Source: Bythopirellula sp. (lineage in GTDB: Bacteria; Planctomycetota; Planctomycetia; Pirellulales; Lacipirellulaceae). Taken from it: 64,000 nucleotides of DNA. Position 1 is the first letter of the stretch. Each line of letters starts with the position of its first letter. Below are positions 8,559-18,759 of the stretch, in pieces. Under the pieces are notes generated by a model. That model saw nothing but the letters and a program-made list of their open reading frames with translations, did no database searches and was not told the origin of the DNA. The translations under genes were made by a program, and so were the position numbers. The DNA lies in the NCBI GenBank assembly GCA_965216565.1, contig OZ244170.1:128001-192000 (forward strand), given 5' to 3'.

Positions 8559-11500
8559 TCACTCGATCCGTCTCTTGAGCCGGATTGCTCGTTCCACGTT
8601 GTGATCACTACCGGGCTCGAAGGCGACGGGCACCGAACGATCGACGATGGCAAACATCCGCAGCCGCTGCGGTTGCCCGGCGTCGGCTTCTGTCTCGCGA
8701 CCGTATTGGTAACCTTCGGGATAGACGCGGTCGTATAGATCTTTGGTGGCTATTGCTGTCGGATTGAGGTTGTTAATACTGGCAAACCCAGGATCTCCGT
8801 TAGAGTAATCCTGGATGGGAGGAGCAGGTTCGACTTCAAAGAAACCGATGGTGATCCACACCGCGTACACATTCGAGTGCGTGGTGCCGAAACTGCTTAG
8901 ACGTTTCAAAGGATCGTAACGAAAGGCAGAGTTTCGGAACGAGTTAATGTGTGGCTCCGTCTCGCCTGCTGAAAGTAGCGGGACACCAACAGGCTGTACT
9001 ACGGGAACTGTACTGTTGTTGTTAAACGATGGTATGTTGTTATTGGGCATGCCCATGCTACGCAGCAAAGTAGTTTCTATATTTTCACGCACTAGCGTAA
9101 AAGTTGTCTGTGGTGGTACAAGGGACGGAACCAAGTCCCCAGTATCTGGAGCTCTAAACGGATTTGCCACTAATGTCGGGCTGTTCGAGTTGAGCAGCGC
9201 GACATCGTCTCCAAATTCACCATAGCCACGTCTCACAGAGAAGAAACCATCATCATCGATCGCAACATGTCTTTCGGGATGATTCGGATCACCATCGTAC
9301 TTTGAACTTCCGTGGAACATGGCGTGCCAGACGGCCCCTCGACCAGCAGCACCAATAGTATTTAAATTCACACGACCTGGATCACGATAGTTAGAGATTC
9401 GATTGAAGGGTGGTTGTCTTAGATAGCGAGGGTCGTCACTTGAGACCACAGGATCCCCAAAACTGGCCGGGCTAAGCCATTTTTCGGTACCGACATAACG
9501 GCTTGGTACACCAACATACTCAAGCACCCGGTGAAGCCCAACAATCGTTTCAGCTGCGGTCGTTACTGTATTGTTAGGATCTGCATCGCGAAAGAAATTC
9601 ATCAAATGTGGAAAGACCCCATCGATTACAAAATTTTCGCCCTGGCTGTCCTGAACAACTACCGGATCACCCTGATAGGCCTCGTTCAGAGTTGTAAGTG
9701 GCAAGAACGCAAATGCACGCGGTAAATCTACCATTGAGAACTTGGGTACTTGTAGTAGTTCAGCAGCGTTGACATACGGACGGTTCTGCCACGCAAACCA
9801 AGGGAGCGGCAACGGCTGTGATGGATTGTTCGGATCTGTTGGAGTGTATTGAACGGCTCCCTGTGTAGGGGCAGAGCCTTTCGCCCTAAACGGCTCATTC
9901 AAGAAACCAAGTGTGGTATCCGGTAGGGCCTCAAACGCATGACCAGTTGTACCCTCATGGCCCCTTGCATCTGGCCCAGAGCGATTAAGTGTGAAGAAAT
10001 CGGTCGGATCCGATGTCCAAATGTTATTTCTGAAGGGTGAAGTTTTGGGATTCCGGTCGGCACCCGTCTCGGATGCGTTGGGATCAAAAATAAAATCACG
10101 CGTGCGACTTCGAATATCTAACAGCGATCTTCTGCCGCGCCGTACTAATTCTGCCATAGCAGTATTGACTCGATCATCTGAGACCAACTTCGTCGGATCA
10201 TTCGCCCTCCCACGTTGATTACTGGCGAATGTCTGAGTGGCATTGTTGTTAGAGACATTAATAAGCTTGTCGCCCAAAATCCACCTCTCTCTACGATCAG
10301 TAGAGAGGCCGTTAAATACCGTGACGTTTACGCCCATCGAGTCAATGGTCAGATAAGGGTTGACCTGTTTGCTGGGGTCGTGGCGCAGATTGTCCGTGCC
10401 GTTGGGCAATTTTGGCTCTGGATTCCATGGCAGCAATGGGTTTGATAAACGTTGTAGGTAAACCCAATTGAAGTTTGGGACAGTTCGTGGCCCCTTATCA
10501 TCTAGCGGTAGTGCCAGTCGTGTCTCTCCATCAGTCAAAGCTGTTTTTCCACGACGACCTCCTGCCAAACCTCCACCGGCACCGGGCAAAGCCCGGGAGA
10601 ACACATCGTCGAGGGGAATGTCTAAGAAGGGCACATACTCGCCACTTTTGCCACGGGCTGGATCGAAGGCACTATTGCTGAAACCCTTGTTAGACTCTAC
10701 GGAGACGCTGCGGGGATAGCCGTTTGCTGGCTCCGTAAACGTGAATCGCCGTGTATTGTAGGGGTAGTCAGTATTGGGCAGCGCTCGATCGATGATGGCC
10801 ACAGAGGTTTGGCCGGCGAAAGCCTGAACGCGGAAATCATCCGCAGGATTACTCCCTGTGCCGTTAGAGTCCATCATAGCAACACCTGAGCTATCACGTA
10901 CCTCAATCGTTGTTGTATTGGGGTTAGTGTTTGGATCTACATTTGTCTTGAGGAAAATCCCTCGTTGCGTGCTTTGGCTGTCGTTCTCTCCGAACGGAAT
11001 AAAAAATTCACCGGAGTTAGGAGTTAGTTCTTGCCCGGTCGTGGCATCTGTATCCACGCCAGCGACTACTAAGTAACTTCCAGGTCGGACGGAAGGCACC
11101 GCATAGGTTTCTGGCGTATTGGCAATCTCTAGATCGTTATAGAAGGCTACTCCATCTGTGTCATCCCATCCCATGGGTCGCGTGCCACTGCCTGGGTCTC
11201 TCCCTGTAAAGTAGATCGTCCGATCCGCAATATTTTCGCCACTGACATTGGTAGGTAGGTAGTCTTCATCCTGAGATTCAGGTTTCTTATCGATCCCACC
11301 ATTTCGGTAGATGACGATTCTCCATAACGGATCGCCCGTATTTGGATCCGGTGTAAGGAGGTTGTCGTCGTGTGTACGTGCGAGATCGATGCCAAGATCT
11401 CTTCCACTTGAGTCCACGGCATGAGTATCAGCATTGGCAGCGGTTTCGGCTGGCCATGGGTTGTAAAGTTCAATGAACGCGGCCCCTTGGGGGCGTTGCT

Positions 11501-14500
11501 GTTGATCAAAACTCTTGTCGAAGGGGCCGCTTCCCGGCGATGGAGCGCGAACAGGAACAGTCCCCTTTTGCGGTGTTCCAGGTGGCTGTTGTTCTTCTGG
11601 CGTTTCTCGAAGATCGACCTCACCTTCGAGTCGACTATCGCGCGTTCGTCGGTCGTGCCAAGCGAGCGTTTCAGTGATCAAGAGTTCTGGCCTTTCAGCC
11701 CCCCAGACCACGCCACGATTATTGGGATCATCAATCGTGTCCAGTGCCCCGTCGAGCACATTATTTGGATCACGTCCCCAACCATCGAAGGGTTTTTCAT
11801 CGTATTCGAACCCAGTCATAATGTTATCTGGATCGCGATAGTCAGCCACATTAATTGCCCATTGCGCGAGTCGCTCAGCGCGCTTCTCCCGTTGCTTTTT
11901 TGTGGCGTTTGACGGGACAGGGTCGACAAGTGTCGACGCCAAAACGTAAAGATGGCGAGCGTATAGCTGACGGCGATAGTTGTGGAGTTCGATCAACTCC
12001 TCTGGCCGCAATCTGCCACTTCTATCGTTGTCGCCACGTTCCCAAAATTCGATGTCTCCATCTCCGTCGCGGTCGACGTCGTCGCGGAATCGGCCATTGT
12101 TGCCTGTGAAATCCGACGTGTTAGCGGCAGCCGATTGAGTATCGAGCCGACCAATATCGAGATCCCAGTAGGGCCGCTCTACTGAATTGCCCGGGTCGGC
12201 TTCCCCTGGCTCGTCGACGACGCCATTGTTGTTGTCATCACGACCGTTGCCAAAGGGGCGATTCAAGTCCAGACGCGTGCCATCGGCGAGTTCTTGTGCT
12301 AGGAGTTGACGCATAATAGGCTGAACATCGTTCGGGTCGACGTTCACCGGAGTGACACTCAGTGCCTGAGCCAGAGCTAGCCGCACACGGTATTCCAACA
12401 AATCGCTGAAGGTGAGGTTTACCTCGCGTCCCATGACGGTGAGGAAATTGTCGTTCGTCGTGGTTCGATCGCCATCGGGGCCCGATTGCATCCACTCCGG
12501 CAGCGTCACATTGGGCACGGGGAGGTCGAAGCTGTCGGTGGTGAGCAGGCCTCGCCACTCTTCTATTTCGGCGGGATCGATGGATGTGGTGTTGGTGGGG
12601 ATAAAGTTGTTAGCCAGTTCCCAGAGACGCTGGGGCAGTTTGCTAGCGTCTTCGTCGTAGGCACGCAGGATGCGTTCCAACTCGCCGACGGTGAAGGGCC
12701 CATCCTGAGAATTCATGCCGGCTGCAGACGGACCGAGTCGTGACAGGTTGAGTTCGTAGGGCGAATCGATGTCGAGATCGACGGGATCGGCAATCACTTC
12801 GTAAACCGGTTGCCCCAGGTCATTGAGCCCAAGTGCGTAGCGACCCATGAGATCGGGCGGCGTGGCGTAGTTACCAAGATAGTGATTCGGATCGTTGGAG
12901 GTCGCAGCAACTCGCCGAGGCAAACCTTGCTGTTTAAGTTGAGCGAGCAAGTCGTAGGAAGATGCAGGGCCTCGAGTAGGAGCTCCCCTGCCAGGCAGAA
13001 TATCTATTCCTGATTGCCCATACCTACCAGACCACGGGCGAGTGAACGGATCGCGACGCTCGTCCAAATTCGTAGTCGTCACTCCATGTAGAACTCTAGT
13101 GTAGAGATTCTCGGGATTACCGGTGCTTGCATTAAAGATGGAGGTATTGAGCGGACCTTGTAGTACAGGCCAGAGGTCGATCTCTGCCGGGCCGTAGCCT
13201 TGGCCACTGGGAAGATTCGCACTCGATACGCCGTTGGCCATTGTTTGTGCGGTGGGGTTGCCGTCGAGGGGATTGCTGTTGGGCCCAGCCAACTCGCGTG
13301 TGCCATGCGCATTCAGATTCAGCCGACCATCGAGATCGACACATAGGATAGCGGCAAGTGGTTTAACGAGTCGGCCCTGGGGGCTCATCATCACGGGCAA
13401 GCCGACGTCGACCCAAACGCTATCGCGACGGCTGTCGTTGTCGTTGTCGACATCCCACGGGCCGTAGATCATTTGATTGACAAGGGTGTTTTGTGCCCTG
13501 GCGTTTGTGGGATTGTCTACGAAGTCCTGTAGCCGTGCCGCGAATTCGGGATTACTGCCGTCAAATTGTTGATGGTCGTACCAACTAGGTCGCATTAATA
13601 CCTTGCGGAGCAGGCCAGGCTCGTTGCGGAGAGAGCCATTCGCTTTCCAATAGTTGATGAGGGCCGGGCGATGGAACGAGGGGATGACCATGTTATCGAG
13701 AGAGTCGCTCGAATAGGCGACCGTTTCGATCGGGTTTACCGGTGACCAGGCGAGAGCCATGTTTTGGAAATCAACCGCGTCGTAAGATTCGTCGCTACCT
13801 CCGAGGCCTGTGAGACCACGGTTCGAAGTCAGGAAGTTGCGAGTGGCCAGTGGTAGATTTCTCTCCCCGGCTTGCAGGATGTAATTGATCGGGTTACGTG
13901 GAAACGCGATGCTGTTGGGATCGAAGTAGACCGAGTTGGGCATGAGTGCCACTTCGCGGTTTGTAAGTCCGCCCGCCGTATCGGGAACCTCTTCGAGTGC
14001 GTTTAGCTGCGGAGCGTTGACACCTGGGCTGAAGTTGTAACCGACACCGGTACCGTTAAACGGTTGGCCGTTGAGGACGGCGGAGGTGTTGGGCTGGATG
14101 GCGAGTTCGTTCGTGGAGAAATTGCGATCGGAGTCGGCGAACATCAAGTAGAAAAGGGCCTGACGAATGGAGTTGTTAACAAAATAGCGTACCACACGTG
14201 CTGAGCGGCCCGCGGCAGGACCATTGACCAAGGTGAACAGCCGGCCGTTGTAGTAGTCTTCCTGCAGGCTGAGGAAGCCATCATTCGGGTCGAATCTCAC
14301 GATTGCCGAGAAGAACTGGTTGCCGGTTCGGTTGGCTATATCGTTGGGGTCGAAAACATTTCCAGAATTGGCAAACGTAAAGGTGAATGCACTTCGGTCT
14401 ACGAATTGCAATCGATGTGGCGAATTCGGGCCGATTAACAACCCATCGCTGCCGTAGAGGTCGCGGAGCAAACTGTGGTAGCGGAGCGACGAGTGGGGGT

Positions 14501-14780
14501 TGTTGGTGTCGCGGACTAGTTGGCCGAGGGTTTCGTCGAGCAGGTCGCGGTGTTGGAGCGGATTGACGGCAGGTTCGTAGGGTGCGGCGAGAGTTTTCGA
14601 GGCTTTGCGATAGTCGTCGCTTGAGGTGATGAACGCCGTTCCCACGAGGAGGAACAACACGAGCAGGCTGAGTACCACCAGCAGCAGAATCCCGCGGCGG
14701 CGGGTCTGGCGATTGGCAGACTGCGCGCGGAGGGAATACTTGGCGCGTTTGCGTCGGTTGTTCTTTTTTGATTTCCGCAT
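8559..14780 (-). CDS. Giant (~2073 aa) PilX/GspK-like minor pilin, putative tip adhesin
   Basis: Basic leader ending RRRG|ILLLVVLSLLVLFLLVGTAF (no Glu5, as in PilX/GspK); DLDGRLNLN and GRVNLNT; several DxDxDx loops; GGAG upstream of ATG 14780; last gene of the pilin run. Confidence 0.75.
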   Translation of the reverse strand: MRKSKKNNRRKRAKYSLRAQSANRQTRRRGILLLVVLSLLVLFLLVGTAFITSSDDYRKASKTLAAPYEPAVNPLQHRDLLDETLGQLVRDTNNPHSSLRYHSLLRDLYGSDGLLIGPNSPHRLQFVDRSAFTFTFANSGNVFDPNDIANRTGNQFFSAIVRFDPNDGFLSLQEDYYNGRLFTLVNGPAAGRSARVVRYFVNNSIRQALFYLMFADSDRNFSTNELAIQPNTSAVLNGQPFNGTGVGYNFSPGVNAPQLNALEEVPDTAGGLTNREVALMPNSVYFDPNSIAFPRNPINYILQAGERNLPLATRNFLTSNRGLTGLGGSDESYDAVDFQNMALAWSPVNPIETVAYSSDSLDNMVIPSFHRPALINYWKANGSLRNEPGLLRKVLMRPSWYDHQQFDGSNPEFAARLQDFVDNPTNARAQNTLVNQMIYGPWDVDNDNDSRRDSVWVDVGLPVMMSPQGRLVKPLAAILCVDLDGRLNLNAHGTRELAGPNSNPLDGNPTAQTMANGVSSANLPSGQGYGPAEIDLWPVLQGPLNTSIFNASTGNPENLYTRVLHGVTTTNLDERRDPFTRPWSGRYGQSGIDILPGRGAPTRGPASSYDLLAQLKQQGLPRRVAATSNDPNHYLGNYATPPDLMGRYALGLNDLGQPVYEVIADPVDLDIDSPYELNLSRLGPSAAGMNSQDGPFTVGELERILRAYDEDASKLPQRLWELANNFIPTNTTSIDPAEIEEWRGLLTTDSFDLPVPNVTLPEWMQSGPDGDRTTTNDNFLTVMGREVNLTFSDLLEYRVRLALAQALSVTPVNVDPNDVQPIMRQLLAQELADGTRLDLNRPFGNGRDDNNNGVVDEPGEADPGNSVERPYWDLDIGRLDTQSAAANTSDFTGNNGRFRDDVDRDGDGDIEFWERGDNDRSGRLRPEELIELHNYRRQLYARHLYVLASTLVDPVPSNATKKQREKRAERLAQWAINVADYRDPDNIMTGFEYDEKPFDGWGRDPNNVLDGALDTIDDPNNRGVVWGAERPELLITETLAWHDRRTRDSRLEGEVDLRETPEEQQPPGTPQKGTVPVRAPSPGSGPFDKSFDQQQRPQGAAFIELYNPWPAETAANADTHAVDSSGRDLGIDLARTHDDNLLTPDPNTGDPLWRIVIYRNGGIDKKPESQDEDYLPTNVSGENIADRTIYFTGRDPGSGTRPMGWDDTDGVAFYNDLEIANTPETYAVPSVRPGSYLVVAGVDTDATTGQELTPNSGEFFIPFGENDSQSTQRGIFLKTNVDPNTNPNTTTIEVRDSSGVAMMDSNGTGSNPADDFRVQAFAGQTSVAIIDRALPNTDYPYNTRRFTFTEPANGYPRSVSVESNKGFSNSAFDPARGKSGEYVPFLDIPLDDVFSRALPGAGGGLAGGRRGKTALTDGETRLALPLDDKGPRTVPNFNWVYLQRLSNPLLPWNPEPKLPNGTDNLRHDPSKQVNPYLTIDSMGVNVTVFNGLSTDRRERWILGDKLINVSNNNATQTFASNQRGRANDPTKLVSDDRVNTAMAELVRRGRRSLLDIRSRTRDFIFDPNASETGADRNPKTSPFRNNIWTSDPTDFFTLNRSGPDARGHEGTTGHAFEALPDTTLGFLNEPFRAKGSAPTQGAVQYTPTDPNNPSQPLPLPWFAWQNRPYVNAAELLQVPKFSMVDLPRAFAFLPLTTLNEAYQGDPVVVQDSQGENFVIDGVFPHLMNFFRDADPNNTVTTAAETIVGLHRVLEYVGVPSRYVGTEKWLSPASFGDPVVSSDDPRYLRQPPFNRISNYRDPGRVNLNTIGAAGRGAVWHAMFHGSSKYDGDPNHPERHVAIDDDGFFSVRRGYGEFGDDVALLNSNSPTLVANPFRAPDTGDLVPSLVPPQTTFTLVRENIETTLLRSMGMPNNNIPSFNNNSTVPVVQPVGVPLLSAGETEPHINSFRNSAFRYDPLKRLSSFGTTHSNVYAVWITIGFFEVEPAPPIQDYSNGDPGFASINNLNPTAIATKDLYDRVYPEGYQYGRETEADAGQPQRLRMFAIVDRSVPVAFEPGSDHNVERAIRLKRRIE

Positions 14781-14809
14781 GCCACTCTCCAATTTCCTAC
14801 GTCTTCAAC

Positions 14810-16120
14810 TCAGTCCCAAAGTGTTCCCGTCTGAAGGACCATCTCGCGTGTGACGGCACTGGCAACGCCAGGGAAGATCGCCACCCGCAGTCTGCCGGCA
14901 AAGCCTGCATTAGGGCCGGTAGTCGGTATCGGCCAGTCGGGGCCCAAGAGCATTGCGCGACGTTGGGGAAACGAACCAGATTGCGAATCGAGGCCATCTT
15001 CGTACGCTTCTTCATCCAGGGCCAGCAGCCGATACCATTTCAGCAGAAACACCCCGGTGGTTTCGTTGATTCCCATCACGCAGACCCAGTCTCCCGACTT
15101 CACGTCTTCGAACTTGTCATCGACGTCAGTAGTCGTGGCAGTTCCTGTGCCGTACATCACCAGTTCGCCGCCGGGGAGCATCTCGGCGTCGATTTGCCGC
15201 TCGGTCTCGGGCTGCGGGGCATCTACTCTCTTGTAAAACACCACGACCGAAACTTCGTACGGGTGGTGTTCGCGAACGGCGGGTTGCAGTGCCTCGCGGC
15301 CGTCCAGCGTCAGCGGCACCACCGTTGCTAACCAAGAAAAATTGCCTTGGTACTGTCGCGTCAGCAACTGTGTGCCATTGGTGTTCCATCGCAGGATGCC
15401 GGGGTAGTCATCGCGCTCGGGGAGTTCAACTGCCAGGTCGTCGCGCAAGCGGAAGATGGTCTCGGCTACGGGGGACGTCATTTGCTGATACGGGCTGCCA
15501 TTCGGATCAGGGATCCGCAGCGTCACTCGTCGCGCGGGCCAGCGGCCGCCGTCGATTTGCGTGATAGGAATTGTTCTATCGAACCCAACCCATAGTCGGT
15601 TGTCCGCATTGATCATCCCGACTTTGCTGTACTGGGGCCACGCATCGAGGTTAGTCCTGTTACCCAGTTCCCAGGCACTAGCGCTCGACATCGGGTCGAT
15701 GACAAACGCGTGACCAGGCCCGGGTAGCCGAGGGTTATTTCGTGGAGGTAATGGTATGTTGAACGTACCCGAATTGGGGTCGATCACGTCTTCCGTACCC
15801 GTACCCGGAGTTGAAAGTCCCCGTGCAGAGACTCCCGCATAAACCCAAGCCTCAGGGTTCAGCATGCCGCGGGCGCGGATTTCTTCGAAGGCGTTTGCAG
15901 CCAGGGTGTTGCCGCGGTCGAACTTTTCGCCCTGCACCACGTAATGGTTGCCAACAGGAAAAATGGCCGCCACGCCCATCAGCCCGAAGAGCAGAATGAA
16001 CATCGAAATCAGCACTTCCATCAGGGAGATACCACGGCGTCGCGCGCAGGTCGAGCCGCGATGTCTTGGCAGGCAAGACTTCGTGATGCTCGACTCTAGT
16101 GGACAACCAAACTTAATCAA
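14810..16120 (-). CDS. Prepilin-type protein (PilV/GspI-like)
   Basis: RRRG|ISLMEVLISMFILLFGLMGVAAIF; TTG start with GAGGGG upstream. Confidence 0.85.
   Translation of the reverse strand: MIKFGCPLESSITKSCLPRHRGSTCARRRGISLMEVLISMFILLFGLMGVAAIFPVGNHYVVQGEKFDRGNTLAANAFEEIRARGMLNPEAWVYAGVSARGLSTPGTGTEDVIDPNSGTFNIPLPPRNNPRLPGPGHAFVIDPMSSASAWELGNRTNLDAWPQYSKVGMINADNRLWVGFDRTIPITQIDGGRWPARRVTLRIPDPNGSPYQQMTSPVAETIFRLRDDLAVELPERDDYPGILRWNTNGTQLLTRQYQGNFSWLATVVPLTLDGREALQPAVREHHPYEVSVVVFYKRVDAPQPETERQIDAEMLPGGELVMYGTGTATTTDVDDKFEDVKSGDWVCVMGINETTGVFLLKWYRLLALDEEAYEDGLDSQSGSFPQRRAMLLGPDWPIPTTGPNAGFAGRLRVAIFPGVASAVTREMVLQTGTLWD
16050..16094. repeat. Imperfect palindrome within prepilin leader
   Basis: gtcgagc-cgcga-t-gtcttg-gcagg-caagac-t-tcgtg-at-gctcgac. 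Confidence 0.55.
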
Positions 16121-16168
16121 AGAGTTCCCCCTCGTGCTGGATAATTTCGTTTCCTCGTCGTTACAGCA

Positions 16169-17512
16169 TTACTGTGTAGACTTAGCACCGGCTGCAGCAA
16201 TATTGTCGCCACCTCGCCGCGCGTCCATGATTTGTTGAAAAGCAAACTGTGTATTGGAACGCCGCGCTTTCGCAAAGCGGTCGGCGCGTGGATCAACCGC
16301 CGGGTTGTCGACTAGGCTAGTCTTGCCATTACGGCCATCGACCACCATCCAGCGGCTATCAAGATTGAGCCAACTCACCTCTTCTCGTACCTCGGACAGT
16401 CGCTCATCACTGTCATTGTCGTCTAAATTCCAGGTGTCCGCGATTTGCTGATTATCGTTGTAATTGATGATAGGCGTGCCCCCCAATTCAATTTGAGTAA
16501 GTAGCAGCACAAACCGGCTCGCGTCGGTAATTCGTTGCATGCGATCGCCGAAGGCACTCACGTTTTGATATTCATCTTCGCCAACTCGCTGGCCGTTGTA
16601 GTAAATGCTGTCGATGCCGCCGCTAGGGGAGAACATCAGGCTGAGCTGCTTGAGGTTGTCACCGTAGTTCGCAGCCAACAGGGTGGGGAACGCACCGCCT
16701 TCGGTTCCCGAGGCGTGCATGTCGATGGCCACGCCTTTGGGTAGCACGAAAGGAGCCTCACTGGTGGGCACCGGCTGGCGAGCAATACCGTAGTTGCGAG
16801 GATAAGAGCGATAGGACTTTTCGCCAGAATTTCCTACTTTGAAATCTTTGAGATTGACGGGAACAGTCGGTGGTGCAGGACCAGAAACCAGAGCTGCACT
16901 CCAAAATCTGTTTGTGGGCTCAAAAAAGCTCCCTTCAGGCGTGGTCTCTATCCTGTTCTTACCTCGCTCTAACTTAAAACGCGAGTTTCCTATCTTGATG
17001 ATATCACCTAAACGTACCATACGTGGGGGGATCACAGGCCCTTGTTCATTCTGAAAGTCGGTCCCAAACCCTGTGCCAAATTGGATGATGTATTTGTAGG
17101 TATCGTCGGTGGTATCAGGGTCCCAAAACTTAGCAGTGCTATTAGAACTAAATCCCGTAAACGGCCGAGGATTTTCGACCTGGAACACTTCCAGTGCGAT
17201 GCCACTATCTAAGCTTGATTCGCGGAACGCGATGCCAACCGGCCGACCCGTACGGGCAGCACGTGTTTGAGCTCGTTGGAAGTAGGTTTTCAAACCGCGC
17301 GAAGCAGATTCGATTTTGCGAGCTTCGTTATTGGGTGAAAGCAGGGGAAGCACACCACCAACGAGCGTTACCAAAATAACGATCACTACGAGCAGCTCGA
17401 CCAGCGTGAGGCCTGCCGTATGTTGCGTGAAGAAGCCCGCCGTGCGTTGCGTGGCAACGCGGCTAATGTTCTGCTTTCCGCTTTCCGTTTTCCGCTCTTG
17501 AAAGTTCTTCAT
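16169..17512 (-). CDS. Prepilin-type protein (FimT/GspH-like)
   Basis: AG|LTLVELLVVIVILVTLVGG; FQRAQTRAARTGRPVGI (FimT/GspH-like); LMFSPSG. Confidence 0.85.
   Translation of the reverse strand: MKNFQERKTESGKQNISRVATQRTAGFFTQHTAGLTLVELLVVIVILVTLVGGVLPLLSPNNEARKIESASRGLKTYFQRAQTRAARTGRPVGIAFRESSLDSGIALEVFQVENPRPFTGFSSNSTAKFWDPDTTDDTYKYIIQFGTGFGTDFQNEQGPVIPPRMVRLGDIIKIGNSRFKLERGKNRIETTPEGSFFEPTNRFWSAALVSGPAPPTVPVNLKDFKVGNSGEKSYRSYPRNYGIARQPVPTSEAPFVLPKGVAIDMHASGTEGGAFPTLLAANYGDNLKQLSLMFSPSGGIDSIYYNGQRVGEDEYQNVSAFGDRMQRITDASRFVLLLTQIELGGTPIINYNDNQQIADTWNLDDNDSDERLSEVREEVSWLNLDSRWMVVDGRNGKTSLVDNPAVDPRADRFAKARRSNTQFAFQQIMDARRGGDNIAAAGAKSTQ
17451..17498. repeat. Half copy of palindromic element plus CCGCTTT heptamers, in prepilin leader
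   Basis: gtggcaacgcggcta (17451-17465) then ctgcttt ccgcttt ccgtttt ccgctct; same layout as 19870-19916. Confidence 0.75.
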
Positions 17513-17598
17513 CTCTACACCGTTCTCTTTCTCTTTCGCCCCTCTTGTTGCCCGCGACTCTGTTGAACCGGAGCAGGAAGTCTCGTCTGTGTTGTGGT

Positions 17599-17620
17599 CC
17601 CCTGGCAGAGCCAGGGGCTA
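17599..17620. repeat. REP-like hairpin between pilin genes
   Basis: cccctggc-aga-gccagggg-cta, perfect 8-bp stem. Confidence 0.6.
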
Positions 17621-17622
17621 TT

Positions 17623-18759
17623 TTAGCCGCCGTCTTGTACGTGGTTGTGGATGTTGTCTAGGAAGTTGTCACCGTCATCCGATGGGTCAATTTCTGGGTT
17701 ACCACCTGAGGTCAACGGTGCAGCCATGAGTGTTGTAATTCCATTCGATGTATATTTACTGTAGGGATCTCCAATAACCGATAGTTTTGCAGTAAATAAA
17801 TCTGGATCACCATCCGGCCCCCCTGAATAGATTAGTGGCACTAGGCGGAAGGCAGGGTCGACGTTTTCAAGTTGTTTGATCCAATTGGTCAAATAGGTCG
17901 GGTAAGATGATGAAGATGGACGATGAGCATTTGGATCGTCTCGGTGAAACGGATCGTAAGGATCATGATCGACGCTGGCGTCACCACTCATTAATTCTGA
18001 CCTGGAAACGAATCCGGCTGGCCAACGAACGAAATGGATAGGTCTCCCCCAGCCGTCAAGAAATTCAGGAGCTCCATCATCATCGGTATCGCCAATGTCT
18101 TGGCGACTAAATAAGGTACGTGCCTCGCCGTCGCCGGTGTAAAGCATGATAATCATGTATAGGCATTCAGCGCTTTGATTGTCCGCAATGCTCTTTTCCG
18201 TGGCCGATGGCTTGAGTCGTTGATACTTTCGATAGTAGATGTTGGAAATCGTTGGGCGGTTGTCCAAAAATGCAAGGTTTGGAAGGGCACTTATTGGTGT
18301 TGTGGGAGGAACATTGTCCACCGTGTCACCGATGATATCACTCCACCGATCGGGTAGTTCCAGCTTTATCAATTCACGAAGAGCCAATAATCGAGCATCG
18401 GCCATCGCTTGGCCACGAAGTGTCGGATCGGGAAATGAACTACGGATATCGTTTTCTATGATCGGGTTCACGTCGGCACGCCGCGTTGTATATTCGTCCC
18501 AGCGTTCCATCAACAGCGTGTGAATTTTGGCAATCGTCGTCTTAGTGCGAGCGCGGCGGGCCGATTCCATGGCGGAGTTGGAAACGCCCAGGAACAATGC
18601 GGCAAGCGTCGCCAGGATGGTGATGGAGACCAACAATTCGACCAGCGTAAGGCCGCGAGCGTCGAGTTTCGAGCGTCGGGTTACGAGTTTACCCAGGCGC
18701 AACGGCAGCGCCTCGGTTTCTCGCAACTCATAGCTCTTTGCTCGTAGCTCCAACATCAT
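17623..18759 (-). CDS. Prepilin-type protein, GspG-like
   Basis: ARG|LTLVELLVSITILATLAALF; LDGWGRPI and YSGGPDG (GspG-like); C-terminal DNIHNH; ATGA overlap with the upstream stop. Confidence 0.85.
   Translation of the reverse strand: MMLELRAKSYELRETEALPLRLGKLVTRRSKLDARGLTLVELLVSITILATLAALFLGVSNSAMESARRARTKTTIAKIHTLLMERWDEYTTRRADVNPIIENDIRSSFPDPTLRGQAMADARLLALRELIKLELPDRWSDIIGDTVDNVPPTTPISALPNLAFLDNRPTISNIYYRKYQRLKPSATEKSIADNQSAECLYMIIMLYTGDGEARTLFSRQDIGDTDDDGAPEFLDGWGRPIHFVRWPAGFVSRSELMSGDASVDHDPYDPFHRDDPNAHRPSSSSYPTYLTNWIKQLENVDPAFRLVPLIYSGGPDGDPDLFTAKLSVIGDPYSKYTSNGITTLMAAPLTSGGNPEIDPSDDGDNFLDNIHNHVQDGG
18656..18750. repeat. Inverted heptamer arrays in prepilin leader
   Basis: cgagcgt cgagttt cgagcgt cgggtta cgagttt ... 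ctcgcaa ctcatag ctctttg ctcgtag ctc around a central aggcgc/gcgcct stem. Confidence 0.7.
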
